Shown piece by piece: positions 1 to 9,467 of a stretch of DNA of 64,000 bases. The number at the start of each line of letters is the position of its first letter. The first letter of the stretch is position 1. The translations under genes were made by a program, and so were the position numbers. Location of the stretch: assembly GCA_965214095.1 (NCBI GenBank), contig OZ243938.1:1824001-1888000 (forward strand). Direction: 5' to 3'. Under the pieces are notes generated by a model. The model had not been told where the DNA came from. It did no database searches and worked only from the letters and a program-made list of their open reading frames with translations. This stretch comes from Candidatus Poribacteria bacterium. Lineage in GTDB: Bacteria > Poribacteria > WGA-4E > WGA-3G.

Positions 1-1215
1 TTGCTGCTGTGCCCTTTCAAACAATTTCTCAAGTGCTGGCAGCTCCAATTCGAACAGAATATTCTCATTATCATCGAAAGGATTATTATCACTACAAATT
101 GCATAAAAGCACATTTCTGTGTCATTCGGCAATGACGCTATTGCTTGTTCAAGGAAGGGGTATTCTTTATCTTCAACAATAAGTGCTAATAACTTTGCTG
201 CAGCCCCATTACTTGGCTGTGTTTCAAGTGCCTCTTCAGCGAATTCTCGCAGCCCCATACGCATATTTTTTGGAAACCGCGGAATGTACTCTGATAGATC
301 CGCTGGCAACTTCGCCTGTCCATCAACAACACCAATTTCAATCCGCGTTTTGAAATACATCAGAAGTTGTTCTTGAACCTTGAGTGAGAGTTTCCATTTA
401 CTACTCGACAATTCACGGTCATCAAGGGAATTGAGATAAGCCTCCCAAAAATCAACCTTTTCGGAAGTAGGATCCCCAAAATCATGGTGTTCATCTCTTT
501 CTTGGAGTAGTTCTTTTTGAAACGCTGCAAGTTCATTATAGAAGGCAGTTCTACATCTATTAATCAACGCGTTACACTTTTCAATTAGTTCTCTCCGATG
601 ATTTTCATCTTCTGGTTTTTCAGTGTCATCCTTAAGTTCCTGAAGTTTTTTCTTTGCCTTTCCATATACTGAATCTGGACTTCTACCGATTCTATTATAG
701 GCAGACTTTGCATCTTGATAACGATCAGTTGTTCCTTCCTGTTTTGCCCATTCATACAAGTTTTCAAGAGCAGTGAGAAATCTTTCCTGCGAGTCATCAT
801 TTCGTCTAACTGAACCAGAGTTTCTATAGTAGTCGTCAATAATGATAATATTCGCACAAGGATCTTTCGGTGCTAATCTCATCAAGGTTTCTATATGCTC
901 ATCAGGGTCATTCTCAACACATGCGACAATTATAGCGGCAGCATTTTCTGGGTCTGTTGTGAGAAAATCTTTTGCTAATGTTCGTAGTTTTGATAGCAGT
1001 TCATCTGGAAACCGCCAAAAGTAATCGTAAAGACCAGGGGGAAGTGTGGTAGCACCATCAACAACACCTTCTTCTATCTTTTCTTTGAGATATGCGAGGA
1101 ATTGTTCCTGCGTCCCCTCGTCTATCTCCAATTCACCATTACCCGCTGAAAGTCCATAGTTGTCAAGTGAATTTAGAAAGGTATACCAGAAATCTGCTGA
1201 AGTGTATTTGTCCAT
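1..1215 (-). CDS. Partial gene running off the window edge; paralog of the adjacent 1213-aa redoxin protein with at least two copies of the same helical domain
   Basis: Not in the ORF track. Hand translation from ATG 1215 (GGAG RBS upstream) is open to base 1: MDKYTSADFWYTFLNSLDNYGLSAGNGELEIDEGTQEQFLAYLKEKIEEGVVDGATTLPPGL, colinear with the N-terminus of 1298..4939. Confidence 0.85.
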   Translation of the reverse strand, partial: MDKYTSADFWYTFLNSLDNYGLSAGNGELEIDEGTQEQFLAYLKEKIEEGVVDGATTLPPGLYDYFWRFPDELLSKLRTLAKDFLTTDPENAAAIIVACVENDPDEHIETLMRLAPKDPCANIIIIDDYYRNSGSVRRNDDSQERFLTALENLYEWAKQEGTTDRYQDAKSAYNRIGRSPDSVYGKAKKKLQELKDDTEKPEDENHRRELIEKCNALINRCRTAFYNELAAFQKELLQERDEHHDFGDPTSEKVDFWEAYLNSLDDRELSSSKWKLSLKVQEQLLMYFKTRIEIGVVDGQAKLPADLSEYIPRFPKNMRMGLREFAEEALETQPSNGAAAKLLALIVEDKEYPFLEQAIASLPNDTEMCFYAICSDNNPFDDNENILFELELPALEKLFERAQQQ

Positions 1216-1297
1216 CAAGATTCTCCTATATTTCGTTTTTAATTAATGCATAGATAGATGCTTGAAAATTAAGGATTTCTGTGAATGTTTAATGGTT

Positions 1298-4200
1298 CTA
1301 TAGGTTATCGGTTATAAGTTTTTCAAGCCTTGTCGCCCAGGCTTCTGTTGAATGGACCTTTCCATATCGTGCATCAACAACCTTTCCTACAGAATCAATA
1401 AGTATGAAAGCAGGGAGTAAAACTTTTCGACTTCCATAACCATCACCGAATCCAAACTGCTCACCCACAGCAGCATGATTTCCATCATGAACCGCGTAGA
1501 AGATATAGTCTCCTTGATGGTTTTCTCTGCGTACGAAGTCGCGCAATGCTTCTTCATCTCTCCAACCGGCAACGTTGAAGCCTATTGCCTCAAACCCATT
1601 TTCGTGATGTTTTGTGTATAGTTTGTCAATATATTCAAGTTCTGGTTCTTTGTGTATGTAACCAAAATAGAGAAGCGCGACTTTCCCATGTAAAGTACTG
1701 TTGGAAACAGCATTTCCATCTACATCAACTGCAGTAAAATCTGGAATCTTGTTCCCTATACGTGTAACTTCTGTCCACTTCACAAGTTGACTAAGTTGTT
1801 CTCCTCTTGTACGTATAGAGAGAATCTTTCCATCTCTGTCAATCAACCACTGTGAAGGAAGACTGCTTATACCGAAGAACTGTGCAAGTTCAGCTTTCCA
1901 CCCTTTTCCATCATGAAACTGCAGCCACGAGATCTCATGTTCCTCAGCAAATTCCTGCAGTTCTGCTTCATGCTCATCCAAACTGACACCTAAAACTTCC
2001 AATCCATTGTCGTGGTATTCTTCATAGACTTTCTTCAGATGTGGAATTTCTGGTGCACAGAAGCCACACCATTTCGCGCACCAATTTAACACCAACAGTT
2101 TCCCACGGTAATCCGAGACAGATATAGGTGTTCCATCAACAGCAACGGCAGAAAATTCAGGAAGTTGTTTCCCTACCCATGCTTCCTGTTTCCATCGGTA
2201 TTCAGGATGCGGTTCCCATGGATATTGTTGTGCTAATGCGGTTTCACCTAACAATTCATAGACATCACCAAGTCCGCGTAAAGCATACCAATCGTCAGGT
2301 ACGTCTGAAAGTCGTTTTTGGAATACCTGTAGCATCTGGTCTATCAAAGGTTTACACCTTTCAATCAGTTCCGAATTTGAATCAGGATTCTTCATCAGAT
2401 GCCGATAGATATGACATGGGGTTCTGCCTACTTCTTTGTACAGTCTTGCTAACCATTGATACAAATCGGCATCATTTTGTTGCATTGATCTTGCAAACAA
2501 TCGTTCAAGTGCAGTGAGTGTGAGGTTGAACAACGGATCATAGTATTCTTCGTATTTTCTTAAAGCAAAATAGCACGTTTCAGTATCGTTGGGTGCTAAA
2601 TTCATCGCTTGTTCAAGTAATATAAGGTCTCTATCCGATTCCCCATATACAACATTTTTACTCCCCCACACAATGATTGCTAATATCTTAGATGCAGCAC
2701 CGTTATCAGGTTCTGATTCAAGTACCTCCTCAGCAAACTCTCTGAGTTCCAGATGCATCGCATGCGGAAAGTCAGAGATGTAATCTTGTAAATCTGCTGG
2801 TAGTGTTGTCTTACCGTCAATCACCCCTGTTTCAATCTTGGTTTTTAGGAATGCCAAAAGTTGTTCTTGGTCATTCTGTGTGAGTCTTCTTGGTGGTGCA
2901 TTTTTACGGTTTTCAACCGATTTTAGATAGGCTTCCCATATTTCTGTATGGTCGGATTTTGCATCAACTAAATCTTGTTGATCTTCTGTCCACTTCACAA
3001 GTTGACTAAGTTGTTCTCCTCTTGTATCAACAGAAAGAATCTTTCCATCTCTGTCAATCAACCACTGTGAAGGAATACTGTTTATACCGAAGAACTGTGC
3101 AAGTTCAGCTTTCCACCCTTTTCCATCGTAGATTTGAACCCAAGGTATCTCATGTTCTTCAATATATTCTCGTAGTTCGGCTTCATTCTCATCTAAACTG
3201 ATACCAATAACCTCTAATCCTTTGTCGTGATGTTCCTCATAGACTTTCTTTAGGTGGGGAATTTCTGGTGCACAGGGGCCACACCATTTCGCGCACCAAT
3301 TTAACACCAACAGTTTCCCACGGTAATCCGAGACAGATATAGGTGTTCCATCAACAGCAACGGCAGAAAATTCAGGAAGTTGTTTCCCTACCCATGCTTC
3401 CTGTTTCCATCGGTATTCAGGATGCGGTTCCCATGGATATTGTTGTGCTAATGCGGTTTCACCTAACAATTCATAGACATCACCAAGTCCGCGTAAAGCA
3501 TACCAATCGTCAGGTACGTCTGAAAGCCGTTGTTGGAATGCATGTAGCATCTGGTCTATCAAAGGTTTACACCTTTCAATCAGTTCAACATTTGAATCAG
3601 GATTCTTCATCAGATTCCGATAGATATGACATGGAGTTCTGCCTACTTCTTTGTACAGTTTTGCTAACCATTGATACAAATCGGAATCATTTTGTTGCAT
3701 TGATCTTGCAAACAATCGTTCAAGTGCAGTGAGTGTAAGATTGAACAACGGATCATAGTATTCATCGTATTTTCTTAAAGCAAAATAGCACGTTTCAGTA
3801 TCATTGGGTGCTAAATTCATCGCTTGTTCAAGTAATATAAGGTCTCTATCCGATTCCCCATGCCTAACATCTTTACTCTCCCACACAATGATTGCTAATA
3901 TCTTAGATGCAGCTCCGTTATCAGGTTGTGTTTCAAGCACTTCCTCAGTAAACTCTCTGAGTTCCAGATGCATCGCATGCGGAAAGTCAGAGATGTAATC
4001 TTGTAAATCTGCTGGTAGTGTTGTCTTACCGTCAATCACCCCTGCTTCAATCTTGGTTTTAAGGAATGCCAAAAGTTGTTCTTGGTCATTCTGTGTGAGT
4101 TTTCTTGGTGGTGCATTTTTACGGCTTTCAACCGATTTTAAATAGGCTTCCCATATTTCTGTATAGTCGGATTTTGCATCAACTAAATCTTGTTGCTCTT

Positions 4201-4939
4201 CTGATTGTTGACCAACAATTTTTCGAAATGCAGCATTTTCCATAAGAACCAAATCTCTACATTTCTTAATTAGTTCTTTATATCTTTCAACATCTGGATT
4301 ACTTTCTTCTGGGATTTCAGAATCTTCAAGCTGTACCTGGAGCTGCCGAAGTTGATCTTTGAGTTGTCTATAAACTGTATAAGGGGTTACATTATGGAAC
4401 CAATAGAATGAATGTGCTTCCTGATAACGTGCTGAATCGTCCTGTCGTTTTGCCCACGCGTAAAAATTTTCAAGTGCCCCAAGGACTTTTACTTCTTTCT
4501 CGATGTCATTCCCAAAAAAGTGATTCATTCTATATTGGTCTATCGCTGTCAAATTCATACACGGGTCATTCGGTATTGGTTTCATGCTTTCATCTATGTG
4601 TGGGTCGTTTTTAGCATCCCAGCCTGAAATTTCCACAAGTGTGTGAAGTAAGCCTGCTACGCCGTTTTTCGGATCAGATTTTTGAAAACTATCGATTAAC
4701 CCCCGTGTTTTTGGTAGAATTTCTAATGGAAATCGCCAAAAGTAATTGTGTAGACCCGGAGGAAGTGCAGTTTCACCATCTGTTATCCCTTCCTCAATTT
4801 TTTCTTTCAGATAAACAAGGAATTTCTCCTGCATCTCCTCGTCCATCTCCAATTCACCTCTGCCACATGAGAGTCCTTCGTTATATAAAGAGTTGATAAA
4901 TGTATACCAGAAATCTGTGGAATTGTATGTATTTTGCAC
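1298..4939 (-). CDS. Large multidomain redoxin (TlpA/AhpC-TSA-like) protein: helical domains plus three thioredoxin-fold domains
   Basis: Two LVLNWCAKWCGxCAPEIPHL motifs (CGPC, CGFC) with IPSQWLIDRDG-type ends, and a third C-terminal redoxin-like domain lacking CxxC. Confidence 0.85.
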   Translation of the reverse strand: MQNTYNSTDFWYTFINSLYNEGLSCGRGELEMDEEMQEKFLVYLKEKIEEGITDGETALPPGLHNYFWRFPLEILPKTRGLIDSFQKSDPKNGVAGLLHTLVEISGWDAKNDPHIDESMKPIPNDPCMNLTAIDQYRMNHFFGNDIEKEVKVLGALENFYAWAKRQDDSARYQEAHSFYWFHNVTPYTVYRQLKDQLRQLQVQLEDSEIPEESNPDVERYKELIKKCRDLVLMENAAFRKIVGQQSEEQQDLVDAKSDYTEIWEAYLKSVESRKNAPPRKLTQNDQEQLLAFLKTKIEAGVIDGKTTLPADLQDYISDFPHAMHLELREFTEEVLETQPDNGAASKILAIIVWESKDVRHGESDRDLILLEQAMNLAPNDTETCYFALRKYDEYYDPLFNLTLTALERLFARSMQQNDSDLYQWLAKLYKEVGRTPCHIYRNLMKNPDSNVELIERCKPLIDQMLHAFQQRLSDVPDDWYALRGLGDVYELLGETALAQQYPWEPHPEYRWKQEAWVGKQLPEFSAVAVDGTPISVSDYRGKLLVLNWCAKWCGPCAPEIPHLKKVYEEHHDKGLEVIGISLDENEAELREYIEEHEIPWVQIYDGKGWKAELAQFFGINSIPSQWLIDRDGKILSVDTRGEQLSQLVKWTEDQQDLVDAKSDHTEIWEAYLKSVENRKNAPPRRLTQNDQEQLLAFLKTKIETGVIDGKTTLPADLQDYISDFPHAMHLELREFAEEVLESEPDNGAASKILAIIVWGSKNVVYGESDRDLILLEQAMNLAPNDTETCYFALRKYEEYYDPLFNLTLTALERLFARSMQQNDADLYQWLARLYKEVGRTPCHIYRHLMKNPDSNSELIERCKPLIDQMLQVFQKRLSDVPDDWYALRGLGDVYELLGETALAQQYPWEPHPEYRWKQEAWVGKQLPEFSAVAVDGTPISVSDYRGKLLVLNWCAKWCGFCAPEIPHLKKVYEEYHDNGLEVLGVSLDEHEAELQEFAEEHEISWLQFHDGKGWKAELAQFFGISSLPSQWLIDRDGKILSIRTRGEQLSQLVKWTEVTRIGNKIPDFTAVDVDGNAVSNSTLHGKVALLYFGYIHKEPELEYIDKLYTKHHENGFEAIGFNVAGWRDEEALRDFVRRENHQGDYIFYAVHDGNHAAVGEQFGFGDGYGSRKVLLPAFILIDSVGKVVDARYGKVHSTEAWATRLEKLITDNL
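1769..4195. repeat. In-frame tandem duplication with a 1215-bp (405-aa) period inside the redoxin gene
   Basis: ctgtccacttcacaagttgactaag at 1771 and 2986; aactaaatcttgttg ends at 2980 and 4195; the shadow ORFs at 2128/3343 and 2589/3804 are duplicated. Confidence 0.95.
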
Positions 4940-5099
4940 GATTTACCTCCGATGTATGTAATTTCTTTCTAATATTATCGCACATTTTTGGCATAGTTGC
5001 CAATTGATCACAAATGAATCTGAAATCCGACTTAGTACAGCAATACGAACCGAATATAACAAACGGATTTTGTGATAGTTGGAAATACACATCCTGAAC

Positions 5100-5600
5100 T
5101 TATTTGAGAAATTGTGAACCCATTTTTAGCTTAATCTCTTTCCCTTTATCATCTAATAGAACCTGCTTCGGTTTTATCTCTTTGACACTAACTGTACCAA
5201 AGGTTTCACCTACTTTGACGGTTCTTAGCTGGTTTGATCTACGTTCTAAAATAATTGCCTCAGAATAGGCACTATTAGGATTAGTTGTCGTACCGATGAG
5301 AGTATATTCTGGTTCTTTTTTGGGTGGTCTCCATCCCAGACGACGAAAGATATTGTTGTTAACGATTACCTTGAAATAATCATCAGGACTTGTATTGTCC
5401 GTTTTTGTGTTTTTCTTTAGTGGGTGTTTGACAATATCTATCTTTTCAAGTTTTTCCTTGATAGGATATTCCACATCAACGTTTAGTTTGTTTGTGTTAT
5501 GTCTGTAAATAAACGCACTTATTGTGAAAATGAAGACAATGACGCAACCAGAGATAACAACATTTTTTATGGACATGGCGTTTAGAACCTTCCTTATCAA
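5100..5600 (-). CDS. Membrane-anchored GspC/PilP-like (T2SS C-type) domain protein
   Basis: N-terminal TM helix, then YTLIGT...AIIL...VKVGETFG...VKEIKPKQVLL pattern. Confidence 0.5.
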   Translation of the reverse strand: MIRKVLNAMSIKNVVISGCVIVFIFTISAFIYRHNTNKLNVDVEYPIKEKLEKIDIVKHPLKKNTKTDNTSPDDYFKVIVNNNIFRRLGWRPPKKEPEYTLIGTTTNPNSAYSEAIILERRSNQLRTVKVGETFGTVSVKEIKPKQVLLDDKGKEIKLKMGSQFLK

Positions 5601-5933
5601 AGTTGTGTATTAGTGAGTTTGGCAATTTGGGAACAACAGGACAAATATTATGATATGTAACCTGTTACTATAGAGTCTTAATTGAAGGTAAAAGGTTGCA
5701 GAATTATGAGATAATTCCGATAACTGTTCAAGTTTTCCTTTATTTTTTCAATTCAATGGGTTATTCAGGGTGGAAAAGGGTGTAAACAGAGATCTAAAGT
5801 TTAGAGAATTTATGAAGATAACATAGAGCTTATATTGTAGATTAGGTTGAAAACTATTGTTCTGTCTACACTAATCTTGCATGTCCGAATGGACACTCCA
5901 CTATATTACCTTGGGGTGTAAAAGTGGCTACTT

Positions 5934-7610
5934 TCAATTTTCGTCTGAGGTGTGTTCAATTTCAGTGGGTTCTCCACATTTCGCTATCGCTTCCCTTGCC
6001 TCTAATACCTTCACTACAACTGTTTTCACATCTTCCTCATCTACAAACGGAGATAGGATGAATGATTTTAAGGCAACAATCGGTTCGCCATAAGTAGTTT
6101 TACGATAGCAGTCAGTTGTGGAGATGAAAACTCCTCTACCTTCCATCGCCTCAGAATTTACATATTGAAAGATTTCTCGGTTGTAGTTATTATGGGAAAG
6201 TAGACTATCACGATATATTGCATCCTCAAACTCTTGGCGTTTGATTTCAAAAGTATCCACACCGACTGGATATGCACGGAAGAGCGTAACAGTCCCGAAA
6301 TTTCCACGGTTCAGGACTGTTGTGCCTTCATGTCCTTCAAGGTGTTCGCGTAGGAGTTGTGTCATTTCAACGATATGTCCGATAATTGCCTGCAATCCTT
6401 TTTCCCCGAACAATTTAAGATTAGCAAGTGCAGCAAGCGGTCCTGTTCCAGAGCGGGAAGTCTCAAGCGTGAACATACCGGGACGATACTGTCCAAAATG
6501 ATAGAGATACGGCATTTGCTCAGCAGAACGTTTCAGTAAATTGAGATCAGACTGGTCTCTGACGAGGACAAGGCTTGAAATATAAGGTGCGAAACCCGTT
6601 TTGTGAAAGTCAATACCAACAGAGTCGGCAAGAGATATATGTTGGATTCTTCTGGAAGCCCCTGCTAAAGCCCGAATAGTGCGGGGACGGAAACCTAATG
6701 GATTCTGCTCAAAATCATAATTATTGAACACAGACCATGCCCATCCGATCACAGCGTCAGCATGAATATGTGGTTTATAGTCAAGTTTGAATTCCTCAAC
6801 AAGAGTTTCTCGCAGTGCAACAATACGCATTATATTGTCCAGACCAAAGGCATCGGTTGTGCCTAAGGTGGCGATAATAGCAGCTACCCTCTTGCCATCG
6901 GAGAGTGCTTGACGGAGTTCCTGTTCAAGTATCTCAAGATCAATCTCGTTTTCAAATGTTGTTGGAATAGTTATGAGGTTATCAGTCCCCATTCCAAGCC
7001 AACCTGTTATATTTGATGCACAGTAGTGTCCCGCGTCCGACACAAAAACAACAGCATTTTCAGGTGTTCCCTTCTTTATTGTGTCTGGACATGCTTTTTC
7101 TAACCCGATTTTCACGCCATAGAGAGTCGTTCCTGTTCCACCGAAGGTAAATACACCGCCAGAATGTGCTGGATCATAGCCAATCAGCTTTGATGTCATA
7201 GATGTGACTTCAACTTCCGCTAATGCAACTAATCTGCTGGACTCATCCCAACAAAGGTTCGGATTGTATAGAGATGCCAGGACAACTCCAATGAGACTGG
7301 GAATTGTGGTTGGACAAACTACATTCTGTTGCGTGCGTGGATGTCCAAAGATAGTCATGCCTTCAAGATAACTCACAAGTTCCTTTGTAACCTCTTGAAC
7401 TGAGGACATGTTATTTGGTAATGTGGACTTTTTTCCTTCCTCAAAATCCGCAGCGACCATGTTTCCGAGAAACGGCAGGTGTGTTTTGAGATCATCAACT
7501 TGGTCTAAGGCACGCATCATGGAATGTATAAAATATGAGTCGTGAATGGTGTTGGATATAGGTTGGGGAAATGCAAGTTTTATTTCTTCTAAAATGTCGC
7601 GATAGGTCAT
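5934..7610 (-). CDS. Group II pyridoxal-phosphate-dependent amino acid decarboxylase
   Basis: FTFGGT, AGHY, TLGTTDAFGLD, HIHADAVIG and SVGIDFHK (PLP lysine) motifs. Confidence 0.9.
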   Translation of the reverse strand: MTYRDILEEIKLAFPQPISNTIHDSYFIHSMMRALDQVDDLKTHLPFLGNMVAADFEEGKKSTLPNNMSSVQEVTKELVSYLEGMTIFGHPRTQQNVVCPTTIPSLIGVVLASLYNPNLCWDESSRLVALAEVEVTSMTSKLIGYDPAHSGGVFTFGGTGTTLYGVKIGLEKACPDTIKKGTPENAVVFVSDAGHYCASNITGWLGMGTDNLITIPTTFENEIDLEILEQELRQALSDGKRVAAIIATLGTTDAFGLDNIMRIVALRETLVEEFKLDYKPHIHADAVIGWAWSVFNNYDFEQNPLGFRPRTIRALAGASRRIQHISLADSVGIDFHKTGFAPYISSLVLVRDQSDLNLLKRSAEQMPYLYHFGQYRPGMFTLETSRSGTGPLAALANLKLFGEKGLQAIIGHIVEMTQLLREHLEGHEGTTVLNRGNFGTVTLFRAYPVGVDTFEIKRQEFEDAIYRDSLLSHNNYNREIFQYVNSEAMEGRGVFISTTDCYRKTTYGEPIVALKSFILSPFVDEEDVKTVVVKVLEAREAIAKCGEPTEIEHTSDEN

Positions 7611-8028
7611 CTTTTGTCCTTAAGTGATGTGTATTTTGTTAAAGTAAATATGTGCTTTGTGGATAGGATTAGACTTGTAAGATGTGTCTATGCATATTTC
7701 CTAAATATGATAACAGGTGACTGTGTGATTTTCAACGCGATTAAAGGATGAGATTTCTTATTTAGAAAATCGGAGAGTTATCTTTTAGACATTAATGGTT
7801 TGTTCTACAGAAAGAAGAATGGCAGATAAAACCTTGTAGTGAAAGGCTCTTAAGGTCTTCAAAAGACATCTGAAATATCTAATAACAATGCTAACTGTCC
7901 GGAATATTCTTCAGAAAATTCAGGCATATTTGATAATATTCTGTTAATGTCTAAAAGGTGTGTCTATGGTATTCTTTGAGAGGAAAATAGATTTATAATT
8001 TCTGCAATTTTAGGTTCTAGAGAGAAAT

Positions 8029-8292
8029 TTAGTTTTGTTCGTATACAACTGATCGATGTCGAATTCTCAAGATTTTAATCGTTTTCTTTTCTTCATCAAG
8101 AGTGTAGATAACTCTGTAATTTCCACAGCGTAGACTGAACTGACCTTCAAAGGCATATTTCAACGGTTTATGGACATATTGGCCACAATTTTCACTGAGC
8201 CATTTTAGTTTCTTGGTTATTTGCTCTTGTATATTGACTACCAAAAGATTTAGATCCAGTTTAGCGTTTGGAGTCATTATCAACTCATACAT
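8029..8292 (-). CDS. RelE/ParE-family toxin
   Basis: 87 aa; FSLRCGNYRVIY...ILRIRHRSVVY is a RelE signature. Confidence 0.85.
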   Translation of the reverse strand: MYELIMTPNAKLDLNLLVVNIQEQITKKLKWLSENCGQYVHKPLKYAFEGQFSLRCGNYRVIYTLDEEKKTIKILRIRHRSVVYEQN

Positions 8293-9451
8293 TCCAGTTC
8301 AACCTTAATTCTTTGGTAACCTCCTTAAGTGTAAACATTTTACCGCCAGACTTGATATATTCGTCTTCATTTCCGAGTTCTTCAATGAATTCTGGTCGCA
8401 GCTCTAACCCTTCGTCTGGATCATAGTCATAATTCTCAAGGAATAGTTCCAATTCCAAATATTGCACGAAAAATTCACAAAATTCGGATTGAAGTTTCGT
8501 CGAATTCTTAGTAGAATTTTCACCTTCCATTAACTTAACTAAGCGTTCGCGCGATACAAAAAGACCCCAATTTCCAATTATGTTTAAAAATGTTCTGAAT
8601 TCTTCGGTTGACAAATCCGACACCTTAATTTCAGGCCGTGGGTCTTGTTGAATCAACACACCCATCCTCCGCGCTTCGCGTCCTATTGTTGAACTTCTAC
8701 GCTGTGTTTCAACTGCAGACACACGATGTCTTAGGCGAAAAATGTCAGCAGACTTTTGTAAGTAAGTAAGCAAGGATTCCTCAAACTCTTCTATATCTAA
8801 AGCAAGGACGTTGTAACCGTTGAAGAATTCCCGAAACTCTTGTGCTAACGCATCGTACGGACTATTCTCAGCAAGAAGCTTAATTAGTTGTTTTCGCGTC
8901 TTAAATATTTCTCCGTTGACAATGGATGCCATCCATTTGTCAAATTGTACTGAATGAATAATAGTCTCCTCCATTTCAGATTCTGTCATTGTATTTATTG
9001 ATTGCGATCTATTAAAGAAATTGTCATAATTGTTATAGTGCTCCTCAGATGACAGCACAACGCTTTCAGTGTATTTCTGATCTGACTTTAAGATTCGTGC
9101 GCTTTCGTTCCCTAAAATCAAAACATCCGCCTTGCTTACTGTTTTAAGGTAATACGCTAAATCTAGAATATCCCCCGAGAATACATAATTCGGTGATATA
9201 CGGCACTCAACGATTCGATCTCTTCTGTTCTTGAAAAGCTCTTCTATCCAAATCTGCAATCTCTGTCGATACTTAGTTGGAAGTTCCTCAATCTGTTTAA
9301 AGATAGATTCTTGTAATTCATTTCCCGAATCAACAACTATTACGCCGTTTGCTTCAATCTCGTTCAAGCAATCCGTTACATTGGTTCCATAGATTGGATT
9401 GAAATAATCACTATTAAACGTAGTGGAATCAAAAACTGCACTAATTGGCAT
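8285..9451 (-). CDS. Hypothetical protein; C-terminus resembles a type II antitoxin
   Basis: Overlaps the RelE start; ends DYDPDEGLELRPEFIEEL...GKMFTLKEVTKELRLNW, an acidic antitoxin-like tail. Confidence 0.6.
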   Translation of the reverse strand: MPISAVFDSTTFNSDYFNPIYGTNVTDCLNEIEANGVIVVDSGNELQESIFKQIEELPTKYRQRLQIWIEELFKNRRDRIVECRISPNYVFSGDILDLAYYLKTVSKADVLILGNESARILKSDQKYTESVVLSSEEHYNNYDNFFNRSQSINTMTESEMEETIIHSVQFDKWMASIVNGEIFKTRKQLIKLLAENSPYDALAQEFREFFNGYNVLALDIEEFEESLLTYLQKSADIFRLRHRVSAVETQRRSSTIGREARRMGVLIQQDPRPEIKVSDLSTEEFRTFLNIIGNWGLFVSRERLVKLMEGENSTKNSTKLQSEFCEFFVQYLELELFLENYDYDPDEGLELRPEFIEELGNEDEYIKSGGKMFTLKEVTKELRLNWNV

Positions 9452-9467
9452 TATGCAACTCCTTACT

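Noticed and set aside
585-857. 90-aa minus-strand ORF and nearby short plus-strand ORFs
   Set aside because: They are off-frame or antisense to the longer open frame 1..1215.
2128-3998. Duplicated plus-strand ORFs (129 aa and 64 aa, twice each)
   Set aside because: They are antisense shadows of the internal duplication in the redoxin gene.
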